A stretch of 37,945 bases of DNA from a virus (Duplodnaviria; Heunggongvirae; Uroviricota; Caudoviricetes): the IMG/VR virus record IMGVR_UViG_2526164597_000009. One strand, given 5' to 3'. Both the position numbers and the translations under genes were made by a program. This document shows, piece by piece, positions 26,406-35,325 of this stretch (position 1 is the stretch's first letter; each line of letters starts with the position of its first letter). The notes below the pieces were generated by a model. That model was not told the origin of the DNA. It did not search any database and was given only the letters and a program-made list of their open reading frames with translations.

Positions 26406-26671
26406 TGAGTAATTTTGCTCTGATTGAACATGGCGTGGTGAAAAATATTATTATCTGGGATGGAGAGGGTGATTTATTCTCTAATTGCGAAATTATAAAT
26501 GTTGATCATATAGATGCAGGCGTCGGTTGGTTCTATTCTGACGGAGAGTTTATAGCACCACCGGAACCGGAAATGACTGAATATGATGTTGGTAATATCG
26601 ACGCGGTGATGGAAGCAGATACCAGCACCGCGCCGGGGGTTATCTGGCCAGTTCCACCTGAGATGGTTTAA
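26405..26671 (+). CDS. Putative tail fibre assembly/chaperone protein (gpG position), within invertible segment
   Basis: 88-aa ORF overlapping H stop (ATGA), C-terminus GVIWPVPPEMV; short relative to P2 G. Confidence 0.45.
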   Translation: MSNFALIEHGVVKNIIIWDGEGDLFSNCEIINVDHIDAGVGWFYSDGEFIAPPEPEMTEYDVGNIDAVMEADTSTAPGVIWPVPPEMV

Positions 26672-26900
26672 TCTCAATCAGAATGGGTTCGCCCTTCTCG
26701 TTAACAGATATTTCCATTCCTTCAGGGATTTCAGATGCAGTAAAAAACCAGTTATCTTCTGGTAATTCCACAGCCCCGGTCACGTCATGAAGACCGGGGA
26801 TTACTTCAGTCAAAGTAACAGGATTAAACAGGCGCACAATAAACTCTCCAGGAAAAAGCACTTGTTGATGGTCTTCCGTCGTACATCTGGCAGCGGACAT
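26640..26900 (-). CDS. Putative alternative tail fibre assembly/chaperone protein (G-prime), silent in current orientation
   Basis: Minus-strand ORF downstream of the alternative fibre cassette; start ambiguous (ATG at 26900 or GTG at 26837 with GGAG RBS). Confidence 0.35.
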   Translation of the reverse strand: MSAARCTTEDHQQVLFPGEFIVRLFNPVTLTEVIPGLHDVTGAVELPEDNWFFTASEIPEGMEISVNEKGEPILIEIKPSQVELAR

Positions 26901-27165
26901 AAAAACCTGTATTACTGACCTGGTCATCCACGATCATTGAAACGTGAACGTTATTAGGTGTGGCCTCGTAATCTGTTCTTATTCTTTCCGCTATGCTGAT
27001 AAAACGTGAAAGCTTAGGTAGTGCAATTGGATAAACGACTTTAGCCAGCCCATTATCATTGGAACCACCAGTTCCAAATACTTCTATTGCACCATCTGAC
27101 CAGCGTATCCATGCACCATTGACATTAGCTCCTCGCTGAATGACATATCTGGCTTCTCCCAAACC
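26824..27165 (-). CDS. Promoterless alternative tail-fibre C-terminal cassette (Hv-prime) within the invertible segment
   Basis: Minus-strand frame passing through the right crossover site and encoding the same GLGEAR junction peptide as H at the left site. Confidence 0.45.
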   Translation of the reverse strand, partial: GLGEARYVIQRGANVNGAWIRWSDGAIEVFGTGGSNDNGLAKVVYPIALPKLSRFISIAERIRTDYEATPNNVHVSMIVDDQVSNTGFYVRCQMYDGRPSTSAFSWRVYCAPV

Positions 27166-27179
27166 AACGTTTATGAAAA
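27154..27179. promoter_or_regulatory. DNA-invertase crossover site (right), inverted relative to 25699..25724
   Basis: TTCTCCCAAACCAACGTTTATGAAAA, close to recalled cix/gix/hix sites; about 55 bp upstream of the invertase gene. Confidence 0.6.
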
Positions 27180-27234
27180 TGCAGAGATAACGGCTAACTG
27201 GCATCATCCCCGGTTTTTATTCAGGGGATTGATC

Positions 27235-27801
27235 ATGCTTATTGGCTATGTACGCGTGTCAACAAATGACCAGAACACTGATTTGCAACGTAATGCACTG
27301 AACTGCGCGGGATGTGAGCGGATTTTTGAGGACAAAATCAGTGGCACTAAGTCCAACAGACCGGGGCTGAAAAAACTGCTCAGGACACTATCGGCAGGAG
27401 ACACGCTGGTTGTCTGGAAGCTGGACAGGTTGGGGCGCAGTATGCGGCATCTTGTTACGTTGATAGAAGAGTTGCGCCAGCGAGGTGTGAATTTCCGAAG
27501 CCTGACTGACAGTATTGATACCAGTACCCCAATGGGCCGTTTCTTTTTTCATGTCATGGGTGCCCTGGCTGAAATGGAACGCGAACTGATAGTTGAACGT
27601 ACCAGGGCGGGGCTTGCTGCAGCTCGCGCCAAAGGCAGAGTAGGTGGACGCCGTCCTAAGTTGACTACCGAACAGTGGGCACAGATTGGACGCTTACTCG
27701 AGGCCGGAGAATCAAGACAGCGTATTGCACTGATTTTTGATGTGGGTGTTTCCACAATTTATAGAAAATTTCCGGCAAATAAGAGTAATGAATCCCCCTG
27801 A
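27235..27801 (+). CDS. Serine recombinase DNA invertase (Pin/Gin/Cin/Hin family)
   Basis: MLIGYVRVSTNDQNTDLQ...VVWKLDRLGRSM...SPMGRFFFHVMGALAEMERELI closely matches E. coli e14 Pin as recalled; catalytic Ser in the YVRVST motif. Confidence 0.9.
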   Translation: MLIGYVRVSTNDQNTDLQRNALNCAGCERIFEDKISGTKSNRPGLKKLLRTLSAGDTLVVWKLDRLGRSMRHLVTLIEELRQRGVNFRSLTDSIDTSTPMGRFFFHVMGALAEMERELIVERTRAGLAAARAKGRVGGRRPKLTTEQWAQIGRLLEAGESRQRIALIFDVGVSTIYRKFPANKSNESP

Positions 27802-27849
27802 ATCAGCATTATTTTGATTATCCCTGAAAGCAGACAAATACCGTCATTT

Positions 27850-27867
27850 TGTGTGAATAACGGTACA
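27850..27867. promoter_or_regulatory. Candidate Ogr-binding site (TGT-N12-ACA) of the FI/FII late promoter
   Basis: TGTgtgaataacggtACA centred about 85 bp upstream of FI ATG; resembles the P/O site. Confidence 0.4.
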
Positions 27868-27943
27868 ACTGCGCTTAGCTGTTTGTCAGGCACAATCACT
27901 TCAACATAGGGCGAAGCCTAATCCAATCAGGAGGTTCGCCACT

Positions 27944-29116
27944 ATGGCTCAGGATTACCACCACGGGGTGCGCGTTGTTGAAGTCAACGAAGGCACCCGA
28001 TCCATTACCACGGTGAGCACTGCCATCGTGGGTATGGTATGCACGGGCGATGATGCCGATGCAAAAATGTTTCCTCTTAATAAACCCGTGCTGATCACTG
28101 ATGTGCTGACTGCCAGCGGTAAAGCGGGTGAGTCAGGCACGCTGGCTCGTTCGCTGGATGCCATCGCTGACCAGGCAAAACCCGTGACCGTTGTTGTGCG
28201 TGTGCCGCAGGGTGAAACGGAAGAAGAAACCACGACCAATATCATCGGAGCAGTGACCGCTGAAGGTAAAAAAACAGGCATGAAAGCCCTGTTATCTGCC
28301 CAGTCACAGCTCGGCGTTAAACCGCGCATTCTCGGCGTGCCAGGTCACGACACGAAGGCGGTAGCTACTGAGTTGCTGAGCGTGGCGCAAAGCCTGCGTG
28401 GATTTGCTTACCTGTCAGCGTATGGTTGCAAGACGGTGCAGGAAGCAATCACTTACCGTGAAAACTTCAGTCAGCGTGAAGGAATGCTGATCTGGCCCGA
28501 CTTTACTGGCTGGGACACGGTGCTGAATGCCGAAGCAACGGCTTATGCCACCGCCCGTGCGCTTGGTCTGCGCGCCAAAATTGACGAGCAGACCGGATGG
28601 CACAAAAGCCTGTCCAACGTGGGCGTTAACGGTGTCACCGGAATTTCTGCTGATGTGTTCTGGGATCTGCAGGACCCGGCAACCGATGCGGGACTGCTGA
28701 ACCAGAACGACGTCACCACCCTTATCCGCAAAGACGGTTTTCGCTTCTGGGGTTCCCGCTGCCTGAGTGATGACCCACTCTTTGCCTTCGAAAACTACAC
28801 CCGCACGGCGCAGGTGCTGACGGACACGATGGCAGAAGCGCACATGTGGGCGGTGGATAAACCGCTGAATCCGTCGCTGGCCCGCGACATTATCGAGGGT
28901 ATCCGCGCCAAAATGCGCAGCCTGGTCAGTCAGGGCTATCTCATTGGTGGTGATTGCTGGCTGGATGAGTCGGTGAACGACAAAGACACGCTGAAAGCCG
29001 GAAAACTCACCATCGACTACGACTACACGCCAGTGCCGCCACTTGAAAACCTGATGCTGCGTCAGCGCATCACCGATCAGTACCTGGTGAATTTCTCCAG
29101 CCAGGTCAGCGCGTAA
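27944..29116 (+). CDS. FI: Contractile tail sheath protein (P2 gpFI-like)
   Basis: 390 aa; size matches P2 FI (396 aa). Confidence 0.9.
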   Translation: MAQDYHHGVRVVEVNEGTRSITTVSTAIVGMVCTGDDADAKMFPLNKPVLITDVLTASGKAGESGTLARSLDAIADQAKPVTVVVRVPQGETEEETTTNIIGAVTAEGKKTGMKALLSAQSQLGVKPRILGVPGHDTKAVATELLSVAQSLRGFAYLSAYGCKTVQEAITYRENFSQREGMLIWPDFTGWDTVLNAEATAYATARALGLRAKIDEQTGWHKSLSNVGVNGVTGISADVFWDLQDPATDAGLLNQNDVTTLIRKDGFRFWGSRCLSDDPLFAFENYTRTAQVLTDTMAEAHMWAVDKPLNPSLARDIIEGIRAKMRSLVSQGYLIGGDCWLDESVNDKDTLKAGKLTIDYDYTPVPPLENLMLRQRITDQYLVNFSSQVSA

Positions 29117-29125
29117 GGGGACAAC

Positions 29126-29641
29126 ATGGCTTTACCACGCAAATTAAAACACCTGAACCTGTTTAATGACGGGAACAACTGGCAGGGGATCGTTGAGTCG
29201 CTGACGCTGCCGAAATTTACCCGCAAATATGAGAAGTATCGCGGCGGCGGAATGCCGGGTGCAGTGGATGTGGATCTGGGGCTGGATGACGGCGCACTGG
29301 ATACGGAATTTTCCATTGGTGGTACTGAACTGCTGCTGTTTAAGCAGATGGGCAAAGCCACGGTGGATGGTATCCAGTTGCGCTTTACCGGCTCTATCCA
29401 GCGTGACGATACCGGGGAAGTGCAGGCCGTGGAGCTTGTGGTGCGTGGACGTCACAAAGAAGTGGATTCCGGCGAGTGGAAGACGGGCGAAAGCAACACC
29501 ACCAAAGTGACCAGTACCAACAGCTACGCGAAGCTGACTATAAATGGTGAGGTGCTCTATGAAGTGGACCTTATCAACATGGTGGAAATTGTGGACGGTG
29601 TGGACCTGATGGAAGCGCACCGCAACGCCCTCGGCCTCTGA
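29126..29641 (+). CDS. FII: Tail tube protein (P2 gpFII-like)
   Basis: 171 aa; position after FI. Confidence 0.9.
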   Translation: MALPRKLKHLNLFNDGNNWQGIVESLTLPKFTRKYEKYRGGGMPGAVDVDLGLDDGALDTEFSIGGTELLLFKQMGKATVDGIQLRFTGSIQRDDTGEVQAVELVVRGRHKEVDSGEWKTGESNTTKVTSTNSYAKLTINGEVLYEVDLINMVEIVDGVDLMEAHRNALGL

Positions 29642-29695
29642 TGTATCTGAACGGCGCGGGATACCGCGCCAGAACCCAATTTACAGGACAGCAAA

Positions 29696-29998
29696 ATGAG
29701 CGATAAGCAGACTGAAAAGACTATTCAACTGGATACCCCCATCAAGCGCGGTAAAACAGAAATCACCGAAATTGTGCTGCGTAAACCGCAGTCCGGTGCG
29801 CTGCGCGGTACACGCCTGCAGGCCATTATGGATATGGATGTGAACGCGATGATGACCGTGATCCCCCGCATCTCCAGTCCGGCACTGACTGCACAGGAAA
29901 TTGCAGAGATGGACCCGGCAGATCTCACTGCCATGTCGGTTGAGGTTGTCACTTTTTTGTTGAAGAAGTCGGTGCTTGCCGGTTTACCGACAGCCTGA
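29696..29998 (+). CDS. E: Tail assembly chaperone (P2 gpE-like)
   Basis: 100 aa; contains slippery heptamer near 3' end. Confidence 0.8.
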   Translation: MSDKQTEKTIQLDTPIKRGKTEITEIVLRKPQSGALRGTRLQAIMDMDVNAMMTVIPRISSPALTAQEIAEMDPADLTAMSVEVVTFLLKKSVLAGLPTA

Positions 29999-30132
29999 CG
30001 GTTGACGATCTGGTGGCTGATATCGCCACCATCTTTCACTGGCCGCCATCCGTTACTGACGTTATGCCGCTGACCGAAGTGCTGGAATGGCGGTATAAAG
30101 CGATTCAGAGAAGCGGGGCCAACGATGAGTGA
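29696..30132 (+). CDS. Tail assembly chaperone E+E-prime fusion made by programmed -1 frameshift
   Basis: Slippery TTTTTTG at 29953..29959; the -1 frame continues (...VDDLVADIATIFHWPPSVTDVMPLTEVLEWRYKAIQRSGANDE) to a stop overlapping the T start. Confidence 0.6.
29953..29959 (+). other. Programmed -1 ribosomal frameshift slippery site (T TTT TTG)
   Basis: Heptamer in E with open -1 frame downstream; analogous to lambda G/GT and P2 E/E-prime. Confidence 0.6.
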
Positions 30133-33100
30133 TAATAACCTGCGCCTGCAGGTCATTCTTAATGCGGTTGACAAACTCACCCGCCCATTCCGTGCTGCAC
30201 AGGCCAGTTCGAAAGAGCTGGCTGGCGCAATTCAGAATACCCGAAACAGCCTCAAAGAACTGAATAAGCAGGCTGGCAGAATTGATGAATTTCGCAAGAC
30301 GCGCTCGCAACTAGCCATAACAGCCAACAACCTGAACGCAGCCCGCGAAGAGGCGGCAAAACTCGCCACACAATTTGCTGCCACTAACAGGCCAACCGCC
30401 GCGCAGGCAAAGTTATTCAGTCAGGCCAAAACACGAGTACAGGAACTTCAGCAGACCTATAACGGCTTGTTGGGGGCGGTCCAGAGACAACGTCAGGCAC
30501 TTAAAGAATCAGGGATTGATACCAGACAACTCAGTAGTGCCCAGCGAGAACTTAAGAAAAATGCCGAAGAAACTCGTCAGGCACTGGAGGGCCAGCAAAA
30601 AGCACTTAAACGTCTGGGTGAACAACAGGCACGGATGAACGTTGCCAGAGAACAATACTCAAGACGGCTTGAAGTGCGCGATCGCATCGCAGGAGCCGGA
30701 GCCACCACCACGGCTGCAGGGCTGGCAATGGGCGCGCCAGTGATGGCGGCGGTAAAAAGCTATACCAGCATGGAAGATGCCATGAAAGGTGTGGCAAAGC
30801 AGGTCAATGGTCTGCGTGACGATAATGGCAACCGCACTGCGCGTTTTTACGAAATGCAGGATGCCATCAAAGCTGCCAGTGAACAGCTGCCAATGGAAAA
30901 CGGTGCTGTGGACTTCGCCGCACTGGTTGAAGGTGGTGCGCGCATGAATGTGGCAAACCCTGACGACAGCTGGGAGGACCAGAAACGTGACCTGCTGGCC
31001 TTCGCCAGTACGGCAGCAAAAGCGGCAACAGCCTTTGAGCTGCCAGCGGATGAACTGTCAGAAAGTCTGGGGAAAATCGCCCAGCTCTACAAAATACCAA
31101 CCCGCAATATTGAACAGCTCGGTGATGCGCTGAACTATCTGGATGATAACGCTATGTCGAAAGGGGCAGACATCATTGATGTCATGCAACGCCTGGGCGG
31201 TGTGGCTGATCGTCTGGATTATCGTAAAGCGGCGGCGCTGGGTTCCACCTTCCTGACACTGGGGGCTGCGCCGGAGGTCGCTGCCAGTGCTGCCAACGCG
31301 ATGGTGCGTGAATTGTCCATTGCGACCATGCAAAGCAAGAGTTTCTTTGAAGGAATGAATCTGCTGAAACTCAATCCTGAAGTGATTGAAAAGCAGATGA
31401 CGAAGGATGCGATGGGAACTATCCAGCGCGTACTGGAGAAGGTGAACGCACTGCCGCAGGATAAGCGCCTGTCTGCCATGACCATGTTGTTTGGTAAAGA
31501 GTTTGGCGATGATGCGGCGAAACTGGCAAACAACCTGCCGGAACTGCAGCGCCAGCTAAAACTGACAGCGGGCAATGATGCGCTCGGTTCGATGCAGAAA
31601 GAATCCGACATTAACAAGGACTCACTTTCTGCGCAGTGGTTGCTGGTCAAAACCGGAGCGCAGAACACCTTCAGCAGCCTGGGCGAAACGCTGCGCCAGC
31701 CGCTGATGGATATTCTGTACACGGTGAAAAGCATCACGGGGGCGTTGCGTCGCTGGGTGGAAGCTAACCCTGAACTGACGGGCACACTGATGAAAGTAGC
31801 CGCGGTTGTGGCTGCTGTTACTGTGGGCCTCGGCACCCTGGCTGTGGTGTTGGCTGCTGTGCTGGGGCCGCTGGCAGTCATCCGTCTGGGATTCTCTGTG
31901 CTGGGTATCAAAACGTTACCTTCCGTTACGGCAGCAGTAACGCGAACCAGCAGCGCGTTGTCCTGGTTGGCTGGCGCACCACTTGCACTGCTGCGACGCG
32001 GGCTTGCTTCATCGGGCAACGCCGCAGGTTTACTTACTGCGCCGTTGTCGTCTTTGCGCCGCACGGCATCACTGACGGGAAATGTCCTGAAAACTGTAGC
32101 AGGTGCGCCGGTTGCACTTTTGCGGTCTGGATTATCCGGTTTACGTGCTGTTGCTGTGATGTTTATGAATCCTCTGGCGGTACTGCGCGGTGGACTGGCC
32201 TCCGCAGGCACGGTGCTGCGAGTACTGGCATCTGGTCCACTAGCGATGCTGCGCGTTGCCCTGTATGCCGTATCTGGTCTGTTAGGTGCTCTGCTCAGTC
32301 CGATAGGTCTTGTGGTTACTGCACTGGCGGGCGTGGCGCTGGTTGTCTGGAAATACTGGCAACCCATCACCGCATTTCTTGGTGGCGTGGTGGAAGGATT
32401 CAAAGCGGCGGCAGGTCCCGTCAGTGCAGCATTCGAACCGCTTAAGCCCGTGTTCCAGTGGATTGGCGACAAAGTACAGGCGCTGTGGGGCTGGTTTACT
32501 GATCTGCTGACGCCCGTTAAGTCGACCTCTGCCGAACTGCAGAGTGCAGCGGCAATGGGGCGGCGATTCGGGGAGGCATTGGCGGAAGGGCTGAATATGG
32601 TCATGCATCCGCTGGACTCCCTGAAATCCGGCGTTTCCTGGTTGCTGGAGAAACTCGGCATTGTCAGTAAAGAGGCTGCAAAGGCGAAACTGCCGGAAAG
32701 AGTGACGCGTCAGCAACCTGCGACGGTGAATGCAGACGGTAAAGTGATGATGCCATCGGGTGCTTTTCCGTCATGGGGATATGGCTTTGCGGGGATGTAT
32801 GACAGCGGCGGCTATATCCCGCGCGGGCAGTTTGGCATCGTCGGTGAAAACGGGCCGGAAATTGTTAACGGCCCGGCAAATGTGACCAGCCGGAGAAATA
32901 CTGCTGCACTGGCTGCCGTTGTTGCCGGAATGATGGGCGTTGCTGCCGCGCCTGCAGAGCTTCCACCGTTGCATCCTTTGGCACTTCCCGCGAAAGGCGG
33001 CGAAGCGATGGTGAGTCGTGCAGCCACTGTGCCGCCCGTTCACCGGATTGAGGCACCGACGCAGATCATCATTCAGACGCAGCCAGGACAAAGTGCGCAG

Positions 33101-33202
33101 GATATTGCGCGGGAGGTGGCACGCCAGCTTGATGAACGTGAACGCAGGCTGAAGGCAAAAGCCAGGAGTAACTACAGCGATCAGGGGGGATACGACGCAT
33201 GA
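30125..33202 (+). CDS. T: Tail tape measure protein (P2 gpT-like)
   Basis: 1025 aa; coiled-coil N-terminus and hydrophobic middle region; position after E. Confidence 0.85.
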   Translation: MSDNNLRLQVILNAVDKLTRPFRAAQASSKELAGAIQNTRNSLKELNKQAGRIDEFRKTRSQLAITANNLNAAREEAAKLATQFAATNRPTAAQAKLFSQAKTRVQELQQTYNGLLGAVQRQRQALKESGIDTRQLSSAQRELKKNAEETRQALEGQQKALKRLGEQQARMNVAREQYSRRLEVRDRIAGAGATTTAAGLAMGAPVMAAVKSYTSMEDAMKGVAKQVNGLRDDNGNRTARFYEMQDAIKAASEQLPMENGAVDFAALVEGGARMNVANPDDSWEDQKRDLLAFASTAAKAATAFELPADELSESLGKIAQLYKIPTRNIEQLGDALNYLDDNAMSKGADIIDVMQRLGGVADRLDYRKAAALGSTFLTLGAAPEVAASAANAMVRELSIATMQSKSFFEGMNLLKLNPEVIEKQMTKDAMGTIQRVLEKVNALPQDKRLSAMTMLFGKEFGDDAAKLANNLPELQRQLKLTAGNDALGSMQKESDINKDSLSAQWLLVKTGAQNTFSSLGETLRQPLMDILYTVKSITGALRRWVEANPELTGTLMKVAAVVAAVTVGLGTLAVVLAAVLGPLAVIRLGFSVLGIKTLPSVTAAVTRTSSALSWLAGAPLALLRRGLASSGNAAGLLTAPLSSLRRTASLTGNVLKTVAGAPVALLRSGLSGLRAVAVMFMNPLAVLRGGLASAGTVLRVLASGPLAMLRVALYAVSGLLGALLSPIGLVVTALAGVALVVWKYWQPITAFLGGVVEGFKAAAGPVSAAFEPLKPVFQWIGDKVQALWGWFTDLLTPVKSTSAELQSAAAMGRRFGEALAEGLNMVMHPLDSLKSGVSWLLEKLGIVSKEAAKAKLPERVTRQQPATVNADGKVMMPSGAFPSWGYGFAGMYDSGGYIPRGQFGIVGENGPEIVNGPANVTSRRNTAALAAVVAGMMGVAAAPAELPPLHPLALPAKGGEAMVSRAATVPPVHRIEAPTQIIIQTQPGQSAQDIAREVARQLDERERRLKAKARSNYSDQGGYDA

Positions 33203-33684
33203 TGATGGTGCTGGGATTGTACGTGTTTATGCTGCGCACCGTTCCGTATCAGGAACTGCAGTATCAACGCAGCTGGCGACATGCGGCAAACAGCCGGGTA
33301 AACCGTCGTCCGTCCACGCAATTTCTGGGACCGGACAACGACATGCTGACGCTTTCTGGTGTTCTTATGCCGGAGATAACGGGCGGCAGGCTGTCGTTGC
33401 TGGCTCTGGAGCAGATGGCAGAACAGGGAAAAGCATGGCCCCTGATTGAAGGCAGCGGCACGATTTACGGCATGTATGTGATTGAGGGACTGAATCAGAC
33501 TAAAACGGAGTTTTTCCGCGATGGTATGCCGCGCCGGATTGAGTTTACCCTGTCGCTCAAACGGGTGGATGAATCCCTGTCCGATATGTTCGGTGATCTC
33601 AGTGCGCAGCTGAATAATTTGCAGGATACGGCAACGTCTGCCTTAAGCGATATCAGTAAAACGGTGGGAGGGCTGCTGTCGTGA
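33199..33684 (+). CDS. U: Tail protein (P2 gpU-like)
   Basis: 161 aa; overlaps T stop. Confidence 0.85.
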   Translation: MMMVLGLYVFMLRTVPYQELQYQRSWRHAANSRVNRRPSTQFLGPDNDMLTLSGVLMPEITGGRLSLLALEQMAEQGKAWPLIEGSGTIYGMYVIEGLNQTKTEFFRDGMPRRIEFTLSLKRVDESLSDMFGDLSAQLNNLQDTATSALSDISKTVGGLLS

Positions 33685-34781
33685 ATTTCAGCTCTGAACT
33701 GCTTAACAAAGGCAACAAAACTCCCGCATTCAGCATCAGTATTGAGGGGAAGGATATCACCACTGTGCTGGACAAACGCCTGATGGGGCTTACGCTGACG
33801 GATAACCGGGGCTTTGAAGCGGACCAGCTTGATCTGGAGCTGGACGACGCCGACGGAAAAATCGTGCTGCCGCGCCGTGGTGCGGTCATTACGCTGGCGC
33901 TGGGCTGGAAGGGGCAGCCGCTTTTCCCGAAAGGGGCATTCACGGTGGACGAGATTGAACACACTGGCGCACCGGACCGCCTGACTATCCGGGCGCGAAG
34001 TGCTGATTTTCGTGAAACGCTGAATACCCGCCGTGAAAAGTCGTGGCACAAGACCACCGTTGGGGAAGTGGTGAAGGAAATAGCTGCGCGGCACAAACTG
34101 AAGATGGCATTGGGTAAAGATCTGTCAGATAAACCCGTGGAACATATAGACCAGACCAATGAGAGTGACGGCAGTTTTCTGATGCGGCTGGCGCGCCAGT
34201 ACGGTGCTATTTCATCGGTGAAAAATGGCAATCTGTTATTCATCCGGCAGGGTCAGGGCAAAAGTGCCAGCGGTAAACCACTGCCGGTGATAACTATCAC
34301 ACGTAAGGACGGCGACAGTCACCGCTTTACCCTGGCAGATCGCGGAGCTTACACGGGCGTAATTGCCAGCTGGTTGCATACCCGCGAACCCGCGAAGAAA
34401 GAAAGCACCACGGTGAAGCGTAAGCGCAGGACTAAGAAGCAGAAGAAAGAGCCGGAAGCGAAGCAGGGCGATTACCTGGTGGGTACGGATGAAAACGTGC
34501 TGGTACTCAATCGCACCTATGCCAACCGGAGTAACGCCGAACGGGCAGCGAAAATGCAGTGGGAACGCCTGCAACGCGGCGTTGCGTCATTCTCGCTACA
34601 ACTGGCGGAAGGGCGGGCAGATCTCTACACGGAAATGCCTGTGAAGGTCAGTGGTTTTAAACAGCCGATAGATGATGCGGAATGGACCATTACGACTCTG
34701 ACACATACCGTCAGCCCGGATAACGGTTTTACGACCAGTCTGGAGCTTGAAGTGAGGATTGATGATTTCGAAATGGAATGA
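33681..34781 (+). CDS. D: Tail protein (P2 gpD-like)
   Basis: 366 aa; overlaps U stop; position before ogr. Confidence 0.85.
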   Translation: MNFSSELLNKGNKTPAFSISIEGKDITTVLDKRLMGLTLTDNRGFEADQLDLELDDADGKIVLPRRGAVITLALGWKGQPLFPKGAFTVDEIEHTGAPDRLTIRARSADFRETLNTRREKSWHKTTVGEVVKEIAARHKLKMALGKDLSDKPVEHIDQTNESDGSFLMRLARQYGAISSVKNGNLLFIRQGQGKSASGKPLPVITITRKDGDSHRFTLADRGAYTGVIASWLHTREPAKKESTTVKRKRRTKKQKKEPEAKQGDYLVGTDENVLVLNRTYANRSNAERAAKMQWERLQRGVASFSLQLAEGRADLYTEMPVKVSGFKQPIDDAEWTITTLTHTVSPDNGFTTSLELEVRIDDFEME

Positions 34782-34871
34782 TTCTTCGCAATGGAGAACT
34801 TTTAAGTTTGCGAAATGGAATAATGCGGTATCATTATTGTGATTTTAGCAAAAATGGGGAGAACTCGAAAA

Positions 34872-35090
34872 ATGATGATTTGCCCACTGTGTGGAAGTGC
34901 CGCCCATACTCGCAGCAGTTTTCAGGTATCTTCATTGACCAAAGAGCGTTACAACCAGTGCCAGAATATTAACTGCAGCCATACTTTTGTTACCCATGAA
35001 ACTTTTGTTCGTTCGATTGCAACGCCAAAAGAGTCAAATCCGGTTCAGCCGCATCCAATGAAATCAGGACAGGTGGCGCTCTCTCTTTGA
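34872..35090 (+). CDS. ogr: Late gene transcriptional activator, Ogr/Delta zinc-finger family
   Basis: 72 aa, CPLC...CQNINC zinc finger; matches recalled P2 Ogr (MFHCPLCQHAAHARTS...KERYHQCQNVNC). Confidence 0.85.
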   Translation: MMICPLCGSAAHTRSSFQVSSLTKERYNQCQNINCSHTFVTHETFVRSIATPKESNPVQPHPMKSGQVALSL

Positions 35091-35112
35091 CGCTGCCGCC
35101 ATTTTGTCGCCA
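35091..35112. repeat. Putative attR core (direct repeat cgctgccgccaTtttgtcgcca)
   Basis: 21 of 22 positions identical to 19..40; immediately after the ogr stop; host DNA follows. Confidence 0.5.
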
Positions 35113-35170
35113 TCGATAAAAAACAGTGCTTCTAACATCATGATTTTAAAAGGCATAAATTTCAGGCAAC

Positions 35171-35214
35171 AAAAAACCCATCAACCTTGAACCGAAATGG
35201 CGGGGTTGATGGGC
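35171..35214 (-). terminator. Candidate Rho-independent terminator downstream of ybjL
   Basis: 10-bp inverted repeat CCCATCAACC/GGTTGATGGG followed on the minus strand by TTTTTT; loop is long (17 nt). Confidence 0.4.
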
Positions 35215-35325
35215 TCCACAAAATGGGGACATCAAAGAAAAGCAGTGGCACTAATTAAGACTGATGCCCTGCGGAAAAGTTCTGCGGTTGTGCAAAAAAA
35301 TTTCATTTTCAGGGCAACTTCAGTT

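Larger units (their letters stand above)
19..35112. mobile_element. P2-family (186-like) prophage, from putative attL core to attR core
   Basis: Contiguous P2/186 gene order int-cI-apl-cII-dam-A-(cos)-Q-P-O-N-M-L-X-lysis-R-S-V-W-J-I-H-G-invertase-FI-FII-E-T-U-D-ogr; bounded by a 22-bp direct repeat; host genes ybjL/ybjM/grxA follow on the right. Confidence 0.85.

Noticed and set aside
31219-32661. 480-aa ORF on the minus strand inside the tape measure gene
   Set aside because: Antisense to a well-supported late gene in GC-rich DNA; the translation is low-complexity (Ala/Ser/Pro/Arg-rich) with no RBS context, so it looks like a frame artefact
35091-35325. Possible tRNA gene at the integration site
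   Set aside because: P2-like phages often integrate elsewhere than tRNAs, and no cloverleaf-compatible sequence (conserved GTTC...GAAC T-arm or CCA end) was seen in either flank
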